Origin: Chitinophagales bacterium
Lineage (GTDB): Bacteria; Bacteroidota; Bacteroidia; Chitinophagales; CAIOSU01
Direction: 5' to 3'
DNA: 64,000 nucleotides
Assembly (NCBI GenBank): GCA_033762815.1
Contig: JANRLF010000006.1
Coordinates: 71,631 to 135,630 of the forward strand
The position numbers and the translations under genes were made by a program. The notes below the pieces were generated by a model. That model was not told the DNA's origin and ran no database searches. It saw only the letters and a list, made by a program, of their open reading frames with translations. Below are positions 38,926 to 48,655 of the stretch, piece after piece (the first letter of the stretch is position 1; the number at the start of each line of letters is the position of its first letter).

Positions 38926-41388
38926 TTAAGTGAGTTGTATTTCGTAATTGGCTACCGATTTATTGACCTTTGGCGCATTGGCGGCAGCCCCCAACAAGCC
39001 ATATTTTCTTCCCAAAAGCTGGGTGGCCATCACTCCATAAGCCACCACGCTTACTGAGCTCAAAGGCATCAAAATAGCTGCTACCACCGGTGAAAGATTG
39101 CCTTGCACCGCATAGTACAGGCCCACCGCATTATAGGCTCCCGATATCAGTAGGCCAAAAATGAGGGCTGTTTTCGCTGCCCTGCTGAATGCCAACATGG
39201 CCGGCAACTTCCCAAATTGGGAAGCATCTAGAATGGCATCGCAGGCCGGTGAAAAATTGTTGATATTGTCTGATACGGATATACCCGCATCGCTTTGCTT
39301 TAACGCACCGGCGTCATTGAGCCCATCACCCAACATCAGTACTTTTTTGCCCTGTTGCTGTAGTTGCTCTATATAATGTAGCTTTTCATGCGGGCTTTGT
39401 TTGAAGTGCATGGCCACTTCTTGGCCAAAGTATTGTTGAAGTTTGGTCTTTTCTCCCTCGTTGTCGCCTGAAATGAGCGATAAGGTGTAATGCTCTTTCA
39501 GAGCAGCCACTACCTCTTTCAACTCTGGACGGTATTGGTTGGTAAATGCGTAATATCCCTTGGGCACCCCATTAAAACTGACCCATACCCTGGTTTCGGC
39601 TATTCCTCCTGAAAGCGATTCCGTCAAATCGACAAAGGCCGCAGAGCCTAGTTTCACCTTTATGCCGTTTACAAGACCACTGATGCCCTTTCCCGGCACT
39701 TCGCTAAATTGCTTTACATCATAGGTGCCATTATTGCCGAGATATTGCCGCAGCCGGCTGCTTAATGGGTGGTTGCTATGCCTTACCAAAGCCTTTACAA
39801 GGGCTTGTTGGTCGTCAGGCATTACTCCTGCACTATATACTATGTCTTTGTTGCCCGCCAAGGTGATGGTACCCGTTTTGTCGAACACCACTTCATTGAT
39901 TGCGCTTAGGCGCTCAATCACAGTGGTATCCTTCAGGTATAATTTGTTCTTGCCCAAAATGGCCATGGCATTGCCCAACAAGAATGGCGAAGAAAGGGCA
40001 AGGGCACATGGGCAGGCCACAATCAATATGGCGGTAAAGGCATCGAAGGCCTTAGGTATATCGGTAAATGCCCAATAGGCAAATGTAAGCACTGCCACCA
40101 AGAGCAATGCTGGGGTAAAGTAACGGCTAACCTTGTTGGAAAAAGTGGTGATGTCTTCCCTTTGCTTTTCGAAGGCCTTGTGGTTCCACAGGCCAGTCAA
40201 GTAGCTTTGCGAAACCTGTTTGGTCAATTGCAATTCTATGGTACAGCCTTCTTGCCTGCCCCCGGCAAAAATGATTTGGCCTAAGCTACGGGCCACAGGT
40301 TCAGCCTCCCCCGTCACAAAGCTATAATTGATATTGGCCTCGCCTTTTAGTAGTACTGCATCGGCGGGCACCAGTTCTTCATTTCTTACAACTATTTTGT
40401 CACCTACCGCCAATTTGTCCAATGTTACCTGTTCTTCCCTCCCTTTGTTCATTCGGGTAACTGCCACCGGGAAGTAGTGCTTATAATTCCTCTCGAAAGA
40501 AAGCCTTTCGTAAGTACGGCCTTGGAACCACCGGCCTACCAAGAGCAAAAACACCAGGCCAGCCAATGAGTCGGCATACCCTGCCCCCGTATGGGCAACT
40601 ATTTCAAATACCGTACGCCCGAACAGTACCAATATGCCCAGTGCTAAGGGCACATCCAGATTCAATTGGCGGCGTTTTAGGCTTTCATAAGCGGAAGTAA
40701 AAAACACACTGGACGAAAAGAAGAAGACGGGCAAGGCCAAAATCAAATTTATCCAAGCAAAAAAGCGAACGAAATGCTGCTCAATAAAACTGCCCGCGGA
40801 AAGATATTCGGGAAAGCTCAAGAGCATGATATTGCCAAAAGCAAAGCCTGCCACTCCCAAACGATAATAAAATAGCTTTTCCTGACGGTTGGTGGCCTTT
40901 GGCGCTCCTTCCAAGCTGATACTAGGTTCGTAACCTATGGAAGCCAATAACTCTACCACTTGCTTGAGGGAAATCGCACGGTGGTCATAAGTGATGGTCG
41001 TTTCTTTACGGATGAAGTTGACTTCGCTGCCCAAAATACCTTCGCGTAACTTAAACAGGTTTTCAAGCAGCCATATGCACGATGCGCAGTGTATGGCAGG
41101 TATTTCAAAGGTGGCCTTACTGACTTCGTTGTTCTGGAACTGAATTAACTGGCTTTGCACACTGGCGTCATTCAAATAGCTGAAGCGCTCATGTTGTGCT
41201 GCCTTCAGCTTTATGCCCGGATTTTTTTCCAATTGATAGTAGGTGCAGAGCCCATTCTCCTGCAGCATTTCATACACCAGTTTGCAACCATCGCAGCAGA
41301 AATGCTTTTCCGTCACCACTATTTCATCCTTACCGCAAACATCTCCGCAGTGATAGCATTTAACTTCCTTTTCAACCTGGGCTTGCAC
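38926..41388 (-). CDS. ccoI: Heavy-metal P1B-type ATPase (CcoI/FixI)
   Basis: CYHC, CCDGC, CASC, CPC, DKTGT and GDGLND motifs. Confidence 0.95.
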   Translation of the reverse strand: MQAQVEKEVKCYHCGDVCGKDEIVVTEKHFCCDGCKLVYEMLQENGLCTYYQLEKNPGIKLKAAQHERFSYLNDASVQSQLIQFQNNEVSKATFEIPAIHCASCIWLLENLFKLREGILGSEVNFIRKETTITYDHRAISLKQVVELLASIGYEPSISLEGAPKATNRQEKLFYYRLGVAGFAFGNIMLLSFPEYLSAGSFIEQHFVRFFAWINLILALPVFFFSSSVFFTSAYESLKRRQLNLDVPLALGILVLFGRTVFEIVAHTGAGYADSLAGLVFLLLVGRWFQGRTYERLSFERNYKHYFPVAVTRMNKGREEQVTLDKLAVGDKIVVRNEELVPADAVLLKGEANINYSFVTGEAEPVARSLGQIIFAGGRQEGCTIELQLTKQVSQSYLTGLWNHKAFEKQREDITTFSNKVSRYFTPALLLVAVLTFAYWAFTDIPKAFDAFTAILIVACPCALALSSPFLLGNAMAILGKNKLYLKDTTVIERLSAINEVVFDKTGTITLAGNKDIVYSAGVMPDDQQALVKALVRHSNHPLSSRLRQYLGNNGTYDVKQFSEVPGKGISGLVNGIKVKLGSAAFVDLTESLSGGIAETRVWVSFNGVPKGYYAFTNQYRPELKEVVAALKEHYTLSLISGDNEGEKTKLQQYFGQEVAMHFKQSPHEKLHYIEQLQQQGKKVLMLGDGLNDAGALKQSDAGISVSDNINNFSPACDAILDASQFGKLPAMLAFSRAAKTALIFGLLISGAYNAVGLYYAVQGNLSPVVAAILMPLSSVSVVAYGVMATQLLGRKYGLLGAAANAPKVNKSVANYEIQLT

Positions 41389-41468
41389 TACTATTCGCTT
41401 TTTGACTTTTTACGACACAAAGTTCCTTTGCGTACATTGCGGCAGTGGTGATATGCAATAGGGCAAGC

Positions 41469-41484
41469 GATGACTTTAATCATC
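41469..41484. promoter_or_regulatory. Crp/Fnr-type palindrome upstream of the cco operon
   Basis: GATGACTTTAATCATC. Confidence 0.65.
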
Positions 41485-41607
41485 TTTTTGCTTGGAAGGA
41501 TACCTTTTCTTTGTCACTACGTGGGCGCAAGCCCTTACCCGATAAAGCGAGCAATAGAAATGCGGAAGGTGCGATATACTATGCGGTAACTAAAACCATC
41601 GGCTCCA

Positions 41608-41621
41608 CTGATATATGTCAT
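41608..41621. promoter_or_regulatory. TGA-N6-TCA site upstream of the divergent gene
   Basis: CTGATATATGTCAT, ~20 nt before a TACTTTTG -7 element. Confidence 0.5.
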
Positions 41622-41669
41622 AAGTAAGGTAAGTGCTTATAACTACTTTTGACCAAAACAGCGATAGCC

Positions 41670-42095
41670 ATGAGAACAATAACCCTGAACATGAACATAC
41701 AGATTAAGGATTCAAGAAAGCTATCTGATTTGCAACGCGATTTTCAGGAAATGTTTCCCTATTTGAAACTGGAGTTTTATGCCAGGCCCCATGTTGTCCG
41801 TGAGCAACAAAAAACGTTGAACCCCAATCTTACTATAGGTGAATGCCGCAAATCCATTAAAGAAGGGGTGATATCTATTGAGCCCAGCAACACCGTACGA
41901 CAGGTAGAGAAAGCCTTTACGGAGGAGTTTGGCCTTTACCCACAGGTATTCAGAAAATCGGGCAATTTGTGGATAGAAACTACTTTGACCGATCATTGGA
42001 CCTTGTTTCAACAAAACATGGAAGGTGGGGAAATGAGCAGACCCAACACAACGGAGGAAAACATCGATTTTTCCGACCGTGACCAATGGGAATAA
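41670..42095 (+). CDS. Hypothetical protein
   Basis: FPYLKLEF...QVFRKSGNLWIETTLTDHWTL; recognisable Bacteroidota-type hypothetical. Confidence 0.8.
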   Translation: MRTITLNMNIQIKDSRKLSDLQRDFQEMFPYLKLEFYARPHVVREQQKTLNPNLTIGECRKSIKEGVISIEPSNTVRQVEKAFTEEFGLYPQVFRKSGNLWIETTLTDHWTLFQQNMEGGEMSRPNTTEENIDFSDRDQWE

Positions 42096-43151
42096 TCAAT
42101 ACAACAAGTTCCTGAGCTTATCCTCGTTGAGGATAGTGATTTTACCCTCCGTAATATCAATGAGCTGTTCGCTTTTGAAATCGCTCAATGTTCTAATCAA
42201 TGATTCCTTGGCGGTACCTACCACTTGTGCCAAATCTTCCCTGGAAACAGCTAACTTGGGCTTATCAGCTTCAGAGCTCTTAAACTTTGAATAAACATGT
42301 AGCAGGCCATCGGCCACTCGTTTTCTAAGTGAGTTGTATGCCAGGTTGAGCAGTTGCTCTTCCTTTTCCACCAAGTTCCTGGTCAATATGCTGATAAACT
42401 TTTTCGCCACCGCGGTATCGCTGCCCACCAAAGCCAGAAACTCCGATTTGGGTATCATCATTATCTCCCCATCCTCCAATACTTCAGCACTATCCTGATA
42501 GGAAACATCTTCCAGCAAAGCGGTATATCCCATAAAATCGCCCTCTTTGTAAATGGCGGTAATCAGTTCTTTTGCATCGTTGTTCATCTTGAAGGTCTTC
42601 ACCTTGCCTTTAGCTATGAAATACAGGTGCGAAGGCCTACGCCCTTGGCTATAGATGGCCTGCTTTTTCTTGAAGGGCTGTATATCATAAGTAGATTCGG
42701 CGATATTGAAACGTCCTTGGCTGGCGGCTTTTAAGAAATGACTCACCCCCTCGGTATTGCGCTCATAATCTACTTTCAGCAATTCGTTCCGCTTCAGCCG
42801 CGACTCGATGGCATTCAGCAGTTCAATATCTTCGAACGGTTTGGTAAGGTAGTCATCGGCTCCCATCTCCATGCCTTTCCGTACATCGCCCCTATTGGCT
42901 TTTGCGGAAAGGAAGATAAAGGGGATATGATTGGTTTTATCATTCTTGCTTAAAATGTGCAATACCCCGTAGCCGTCCATTTCCGGCATCATAATATCGC
43001 AGATAATCAAGTCAGGCAGGGTGTTCACGGCTTTTTCTACCCCTTCCTTCCCGTTTTCGGCAGTTACTACTTTGTAATTGGCCAGTTCCAATATTTCGGC
43101 AGTATTTTCCCTTACTTCTAAGTTGTCTTCAATTAGTAGAATGGTTTTCAT
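42096..43151 (-). CDS. Response regulator with REC, cNMP-binding and Crp-HTH domains
   Basis: LIEDN...CDIMMP...TKPF REC domain; C-terminal SREDLAQVVGTAKESLIRTLS Crp HTH. Confidence 0.95.
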   Translation of the reverse strand: MKTILLIEDNLEVRENTAEILELANYKVVTAENGKEGVEKAVNTLPDLIICDIMMPEMDGYGVLHILSKNDKTNHIPFIFLSAKANRGDVRKGMEMGADDYLTKPFEDIELLNAIESRLKRNELLKVDYERNTEGVSHFLKAASQGRFNIAESTYDIQPFKKKQAIYSQGRRPSHLYFIAKGKVKTFKMNNDAKELITAIYKEGDFMGYTALLEDVSYQDSAEVLEDGEIMMIPKSEFLALVGSDTAVAKKFISILTRNLVEKEEQLLNLAYNSLRKRVADGLLHVYSKFKSSEADKPKLAVSREDLAQVVGTAKESLIRTLSDFKSEQLIDITEGKITILNEDKLRNLLY

Positions 43152-44713
43152 GACGGAAGTATTGCTGATGGTATGATAATGGTAAAGGAAGTGCCTTGGC
43201 CTATCTCACTTTTTAGGCGGATACTACCTGAAAGCAATTCCAAATATTTTGACACTATATGTAAGCCCAGCCCTGTGCCCTGTATGTTTTGGGCATTTCT
43301 GGCCCTAAAGAATCTTTCGAACAGATGCTGTTGGTCTTCTTCCGAAATACCAATGCCCTTATCACTCACCGTAATAAGCAAATCGTCATTATCCCTGTCC
43401 ACCACCAAATCAATCTGCGCATGCTCTGGAGAGAACTTGATGGCGTTCGATGTTAGGTTGATCAGGATGTTTTTCAGCAACCGCTTGTCGGTTTCCAAAT
43501 TTGCTTGAAAAGGTGTTTCTGCTTGTATGGTCTGGCCGTCTTTTACCAAAGGCTGCATCTCCGCCACAAAATCTTGGATAAAATCGGCAAGCTCGAATGG
43601 TTCATGCTGTACCTGCATCTTGCCTTCTTCCAACTTGCCGAGAATGAGCAGGTCTTCCAGCATATTGTTCATGTGGTGTACCTGTTCCTTAATACGCTTG
43701 ATATGTTTGTCGCGCTTATCTTGGTCGCTTTCATTGGTGTACTTGCCAATCAGCGCAGTCGATGACAAAATGGTACTTAGTGGTGTTCTAAATTCATGCG
43801 AAACCGTGGATACAAACCTTGATTTTAAGTCGCCCAACTCCTTTTCCTTTTCCAACGATTCTGCCAGCTCGTTTTTTGAACGCTCCAGTTGGCCCAGCGT
43901 TTCGCGAAGCATCGTCGTTCGGTCAGCTACTTTTTGTTCCAGCTCGGTGTTCATTTGCTTCACTTGTTGGGAAGCCTTGTTCAGTTCATCGTTTTTTTGT
44001 TTCAGCAACTGCTCACTTTGTTTTCTAATGGTGATGTCAATAACAAAGGCAATGACATAGGCTTCCCGGCCGGAAGTGTAGTGGCTCAAACTGATTTCCA
44101 CGGGAAAGACGGAGCCATCTTTACGCCTGGCATATAAGTCTCTACCCGCACCCATGCTACGGTTCATGGGGTGGGCATGGAAATGCTCCACATATTCCAC
44201 GTGCTTTTTGCGCAAGTTATCGGGCAAAAGCAATTCGATGTTCTTCCCCCGCAGCTCATCAGCAGTATAGCCAAACATCCTCTCTGCGCAAGGATTGACT
44301 AGCAAAATTTTCCTGCTTTTATCTGTCAATACGATTCCTTCGGTTGCATGTGTGAACATAGAGCCCACCTGTTTATTGTCTTTTTCTGCCTTTGCTTTCA
44401 TGTGCAGTGCTGTAATAACGAACAGCACACTGATAGCCACTCCTAATTCAGTAATAATAAGGTTAAGGTATTGTTGCCAACCCCATATGGTATAAATGCC
44501 CATGAACCCTATAAGTAAGGCCAAGGCCGACAGCAGGCCAACGAAAACAACCTTACGGTTGTCGCCAGTAAAGTACACCCCTAAGATAGCCAAAAAGTAA
44601 AGGCACTTGATAAGAATGACTCCTTTCGCTGCTACTTCAATGGCCAAGGCAAAACCAACGGCCACAATACTTATCATTAAAAACGCCCAGTCGCGGTAAC
44701 GTTTGGTCTCCAT
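43148..44713 (-). CDS. Membrane-anchored PAS sensor histidine kinase (FixL-like)
   Basis: N-terminal TMs; PAS with RKKH and RRKDGSVFPVE; SHEFRTPL, NAIKFS and GTGLGL. Confidence 0.93.
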   Translation of the reverse strand: METKRYRDWAFLMISIVAVGFALAIEVAAKGVILIKCLYFLAILGVYFTGDNRKVVFVGLLSALALLIGFMGIYTIWGWQQYLNLIITELGVAISVLFVITALHMKAKAEKDNKQVGSMFTHATEGIVLTDKSRKILLVNPCAERMFGYTADELRGKNIELLLPDNLRKKHVEYVEHFHAHPMNRSMGAGRDLYARRKDGSVFPVEISLSHYTSGREAYVIAFVIDITIRKQSEQLLKQKNDELNKASQQVKQMNTELEQKVADRTTMLRETLGQLERSKNELAESLEKEKELGDLKSRFVSTVSHEFRTPLSTILSSTALIGKYTNESDQDKRDKHIKRIKEQVHHMNNMLEDLLILGKLEEGKMQVQHEPFELADFIQDFVAEMQPLVKDGQTIQAETPFQANLETDKRLLKNILINLTSNAIKFSPEHAQIDLVVDRDNDDLLITVSDKGIGISEEDQQHLFERFFRARNAQNIQGTGLGLHIVSKYLELLSGSIRLKSEIGQGTSFTIIIPSAILPS

Positions 44714-44775
44714 ATTGTAAAGGTAGATTATTCGCTACTGACATGGCCACTACCATAGCGTTTTTCTTTAAACTG

Positions 44776-45330
44776 TCATAGGGCTACTTGCTTTGCCGGC
44801 TCGTAATACCTGCCCAAGGCATCTTTCAGAAAGGCTTTCACCAGCTCCCAATCGGTGTATTCATAATCCTGGCCGGTATCCGTAGCTCCCCCTGCCCTTT
44901 TTGATATCATCCTCATGATAAAGCGCTTGAAGAAATCATACTGGGTATATTTCAATGCGCCCGCTATTTGCTTCACCATATTCGGCTTCCAGCCTGTTTT
45001 ATGGAGAAATTCGGTAGTAATTTCTTCCAGTTCCTTCCAAGATTCTTGGTCATCGCCCGCCGCTGTAAGGCTTACCGAAAAGAAAACGGAATACAATTGG
45101 TTCAATGTTTCCGCATGCTGCTGCACATAATGCCTTATGGCTGCTTGGTAGCCACCCGCATGCAGCGATGCACCAATGAACACCATGTTGTATCCTTCAG
45201 GCGATGGCTGTTCGTCAAGGGCGTTTACCAACTTAACGGAATGCCCCAAAGTGATGGCCTCATCTTTCAGAAAGGTGGCAATCTTTTGGGTTTGCCCCTC
45301 AGTGGTTCCGTATACAATCAATATTTTCAT
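44776..45330 (-). CDS. Flavodoxin-domain protein (HemG-like protoporphyrinogen oxidase)
   Basis: YGTTEGQTQKIA, FFSVSL, AGALKY and EYTDW motifs. Confidence 0.85.
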   Translation of the reverse strand: MKILIVYGTTEGQTQKIATFLKDEAITLGHSVKLVNALDEQPSPEGYNMVFIGASLHAGGYQAAIRHYVQQHAETLNQLYSVFFSVSLTAAGDDQESWKELEEITTEFLHKTGWKPNMVKQIAGALKYTQYDFFKRFIMRMISKRAGGATDTGQDYEYTDWELVKAFLKDALGRYYEPAKQVAL

Positions 45331-45339
45331 AGCCCCTGC

Positions 45340-45528
45340 TTACTCCTTGGTGGCATGGTTAATGCCTACCGCTGTGTACAATGGGCACCAGCCTAGTAAG
45401 CCAGTTACAAAGAATGGCAGGCCAAGCAGCATCAATGGCAGTGAGTGCAACAAGCCGCCAGTGATAACCAATACCATCATCAACATATAACGGCCAATAA
45501 TTTCGTACAGATTCAAATTGGGTTCCAT
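45340..45528 (-). CDS. Small membrane protein (DUF2892/YgaP-like)
   Basis: Two TM helices ending in GWCPLYTAVGIN. Confidence 0.8.
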   Translation of the reverse strand: MEPNLNLYEIIGRYMLMMVLVITGGLLHSLPLMLLGLPFFVTGLLGWCPLYTAVGINHATKE

Positions 45529-45584
45529 AAAGTTCTTTTTTGCGTTTTACGGTTCAAAGATGGCAAGAAGCCAACCCCTAGCCA

Positions 45585-45621
45585 GTGATAGCGCTCACAG
45601 CAACAGATGATTATTGTCATC
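45585..45621. promoter_or_regulatory. Tandem TGA-N6-TCA palindromes upstream of the DUF2892-hemG-kinase-regulator genes
   Basis: GTGATAGCGCTCAC (45585-45598) and GATGATTATTGTCATC (45606-45621). Confidence 0.6.
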
Positions 45622-45693
45622 ATTTGTAATACGTGCCCGTTGTTTTTATGGCAGGCATTGCCAAGCGTCAGGCCTTTTATTTATTTTCGTGTG

Positions 45694-47460
45694 ATGGATA
45701 AGTTTGTGGTATCGGCAAGGAAATACCGCCCTGCCCGGTTCGATGAGGTGGTGGGGCAGGAAAGCGTGACCATCACGCTGAAGAATGCTATCAAGAGCGG
45801 TGCGCTGGCCCATTCCTTTCTCTTCTGCGGGCCCAGGGGCGTGGGCAAAACCACCTGTGCCCGTATTTTAGCCAAAACCATCAATTGCAATAACCCCCAG
45901 CCCGACTTTGAGGCCTGCAACCAATGCGATGCTTGCCTAAGCTTCAACAACAACAGCAGTTTCAATGTACACGAGTTGGATGCCGCCAGCAACAACTCCG
46001 TGGAGGATATCCGCAGCTTGGTTGACCAAGTACGCTTTGCCCCACAGGGTGCCAAGTACAAAGTGTATATCATTGACGAGGTGCACATGCTCAGCACCGC
46101 GGCGTTCAATGCCTTCCTGAAAACATTGGAAGAGCCCCCCTCCTATGCCGTTTTCATACTGGCTACCACCGAGAAGCACAAGATTATCCCCACCATCCTT
46201 TCGCGCTGCCAGATATTCGATTTCAACCGAATCACCATCGATGATATCGTAAGCCACCTGAAAGGTATTTGTGCCAAAGAGCATATTGCTGCCGAAGACG
46301 ATGCCCTGCACGTAATAGCCCAAAAGGCCGATGGTGCCCTGCGCGATGCGCTCAGTATGTTCGATAGGCTGGTGGACCACACCACCAATACCCTCACCTT
46401 TAGCAATGTCATCACTAGCCTCAACCTGCTCGATTATGACTATTTCTTTAAGGTAACGGACTATATCCTGAGCCAAGACCAAACCGGCCTGTTCCTGCTC
46501 TTTGACCAAGTGATACGCCACGGTTTTGAGGGCGATAACTTCTTGGGCGGCCTGATGGACCATTTCCGCAACCTGATGGTGAGCAAAGACCCTAAGACCA
46601 TCGGCATATTGGAGGTGAGCGGCGAACTGAAGCTGCGCTACCGCCAACAAGCCGAGCAAATACCCAACAGCCTGCTGCTCAATGCGCTGAACGTGGCCGC
46701 TCAGGCCGAGGTAGGCTACAAATCGAGCAAAAACCAACGCCTGCACGTGGAGCTGGCCCTGCTGAAAATGTGCTACCTGAGCAATGTGCTCAAGCTAAGC
46801 CCCGAGACTTTGGCGGCCGAAGTAAAAAAAAACTTTAGCCCCGACCACATAGCCACAGCCTCAACGGGAAAATCACCCTCAACCATAGCTGAACCGGTGG
46901 CTCCTATTGCCAGCCCCGAAAAAGCCCCCAGCCCCACACAGCCCACAGCGCCCGAAGAGAAAAAAATCATCAAACCCTTGGCTTCCAATACCGTCATGCC
47001 CAGCTTAACGGGTGGCAGCCTTGGCAGTTTATTGAGCGAGCCCGACAACCAACCCACCACCGTAGAAGAGCCCGCGGCCAGTGCCAGCACCGCCCAGCAA
47101 ATTGACCAAGCGGCATTTATGAAGGCCTGGAACGAGATTACTGACCAATTGACGCATGAGCGGCCTTCTGCGCATGTGCTCAAAGAAGCCAAAGTGATTT
47201 TTGAGGACGATACCGTTTTTTTGGCAATGCCATCTCTGTCCATCGAAATATTCAAACCGGTGCGCGATAGGGCGGTGGACTATATCTGTGGCCAGATGGG
47301 CCTTGCCCGCATCAATTTAGAGCTGCGCCAAGACAAAACTGCCATGGAAGACAAGCCCCGCAAAGCCTTTACCGCCCGGGAAAAGTTTGAGCAGATGAAG
47401 CTGAAAAACCCCGCCCTGGGCGACCTGCAAAACAAGCTCAACCTGAAACTGGACGATTGA
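45694..47460 (+). CDS. dnaX: DNA polymerase III subunit gamma/tau
   Basis: ARKYRP, GPRGVGKT, DEVHMLS and SRC motifs. Confidence 0.97.
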   Translation: MDKFVVSARKYRPARFDEVVGQESVTITLKNAIKSGALAHSFLFCGPRGVGKTTCARILAKTINCNNPQPDFEACNQCDACLSFNNNSSFNVHELDAASNNSVEDIRSLVDQVRFAPQGAKYKVYIIDEVHMLSTAAFNAFLKTLEEPPSYAVFILATTEKHKIIPTILSRCQIFDFNRITIDDIVSHLKGICAKEHIAAEDDALHVIAQKADGALRDALSMFDRLVDHTTNTLTFSNVITSLNLLDYDYFFKVTDYILSQDQTGLFLLFDQVIRHGFEGDNFLGGLMDHFRNLMVSKDPKTIGILEVSGELKLRYRQQAEQIPNSLLLNALNVAAQAEVGYKSSKNQRLHVELALLKMCYLSNVLKLSPETLAAEVKKNFSPDHIATASTGKSPSTIAEPVAPIASPEKAPSPTQPTAPEEKKIIKPLASNTVMPSLTGGSLGSLLSEPDNQPTTVEEPAASASTAQQIDQAAFMKAWNEITDQLTHERPSAHVLKEAKVIFEDDTVFLAMPSLSIEIFKPVRDRAVDYICGQMGLARINLELRQDKTAMEDKPRKAFTAREKFEQMKLKNPALGDLQNKLNLKLDD

Positions 47461-47920
47461 GCTCCAAGCTTTTCTGCATTTTAAAGTGCGGTATGCCCAC
47501 TTCCTCAAAACGCTCGCTCACAATATGCCAGGCCAAGCCAAGATAAAAGGGTACCGCCGTCTCGCGGGCATGGCACTCTATGATGGTGTAGCCCATGTCA
47601 TGGGCAAACCGTTCCGAGTACTGCACCATCCGCCGGCCAATGCCCGTGCCCTGACGGCTGCCGTCCACTGCCACCTGCCGCATTTTGATGCGCTGCCCGT
47701 CCAAAGGCGTAAGAATGAGGCAGCCCAGCACCTCGCCATTTTCCAGGTACACTAGGTGATGGTCGTTCACCTCCGCTGCCAGTTGCGCCTCCGTAAATTC
47801 CAAGCCCAGCGGCTTGCGCAATACCCTATAGCGCAGCTCCACCGCCCTGCGGTAACCCTGCGAATCGTGGGGCACCCACTGCATTACCCCCGGCAACAAG
47901 TTATCCATATTGGCCATCAT
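47438..47920 (-). CDS. GNAT acetyltransferase (ElaA-like)
   Basis: LRYRVLR, RQVAV...QGTGIG and HARE..V.FY motifs. Confidence 0.88.
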   Translation of the reverse strand: MMANMDNLLPGVMQWVPHDSQGYRRAVELRYRVLRKPLGLEFTEAQLAAEVNDHHLVYLENGEVLGCLILTPLDGQRIKMRQVAVDGSRQGTGIGRRMVQYSERFAHDMGYTIIECHARETAVPFYLGLAWHIVSERFEEVGIPHFKMQKSLELNRPVSG

Positions 47921-48003
47921 CAAACAAAAATACACCTCTCCGCTTATTTCGGGAGGCTGGACGGCTTACTTATATCTCGCTACTTGCTACTAGTATCTAA
48001 AAT

Positions 48004-48200
48004 GCCGTTTCGCAGGTATTTCGCAGGTAGTTCAAGGGGTGTTCGCGGGTACTTCAAGGGTATCTCGCAGGTGCTTCAAGGGGTGTTCAAGGGTACTTCG
48101 CAGGTAGTTCAAATTCTATTAATTGGCTGTTTATCAATCATTTGTGTGAAAAAAGTGTTTTTTTTTGTTTTTTCTTCATTCGTAGAGGGTAGAATGTAGA
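48004..48200 (-). repeat. Module 3: inverted near-identical copy of module 2
   Basis: Nine 11-bp units at 48012-48110; eight are identical to module 2. Confidence 0.95.
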
Positions 48201-48252
48201 ACGATTTACGATGGAAGCCCGCCCCGCTTATTGCGGGGATTGCAGCCCAAAC

Positions 48253-48365
48253 CATTTTCAAATTTTCAAATCATCAAATTACCAAATCAATCAGCACATC
48301 AGCACATTACCATAATGGTAAGCACTTAGTGCGAATATTCCAAATCAAAAAATGGGTAAATGGGT
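48253..48365. repeat. Inverted copy of repeat block A
   Basis: Reverse complement of about 31687-31800. Confidence 0.88.
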
Positions 48366-48573
48366 GGGTGTTCAATGACGGGTTAGGCTAGCTAGAAACA
48401 CGAAAAGTGGAATCGCCAGTATGGCTTGGGTGGGTGTAGAGAGGTGTGGTTTTTGGGGGATGCTATTTACTTGGTGATGTGGAGGCTTGTTTTTAACTCT
48501 GTGCCGAAGTAAATGCCCATTTCCCATCACGGACCATTGGGTTAAATTTGTATAGATAATTGACAGCATTTAC

Positions 48574-48648
48574 TTAGCTGAAAGCATTATCGAAGAAAAT
48601 GCCGACCTTATTGAGCAGAAGTGGAAAGAATATTTCGGTACTAAATGA
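48574..48648 (+). pseudogene. 3' remnant of a DUF4160-type gene
   Basis: LAESIIEENADLIEQKWKEYFGTK*; in-frame stop just upstream and no start codon; abuts DUF2442. Confidence 0.6.
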
Positions 48649-48655
48649 CCCTGTA

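Noticed and set aside
45937-46746. 269-aa antisense ORF in dnaX, and similar shadow ORFs over the cco genes and asnS
   Set aside because: These lie opposite well-supported genes and are explained by codon bias.
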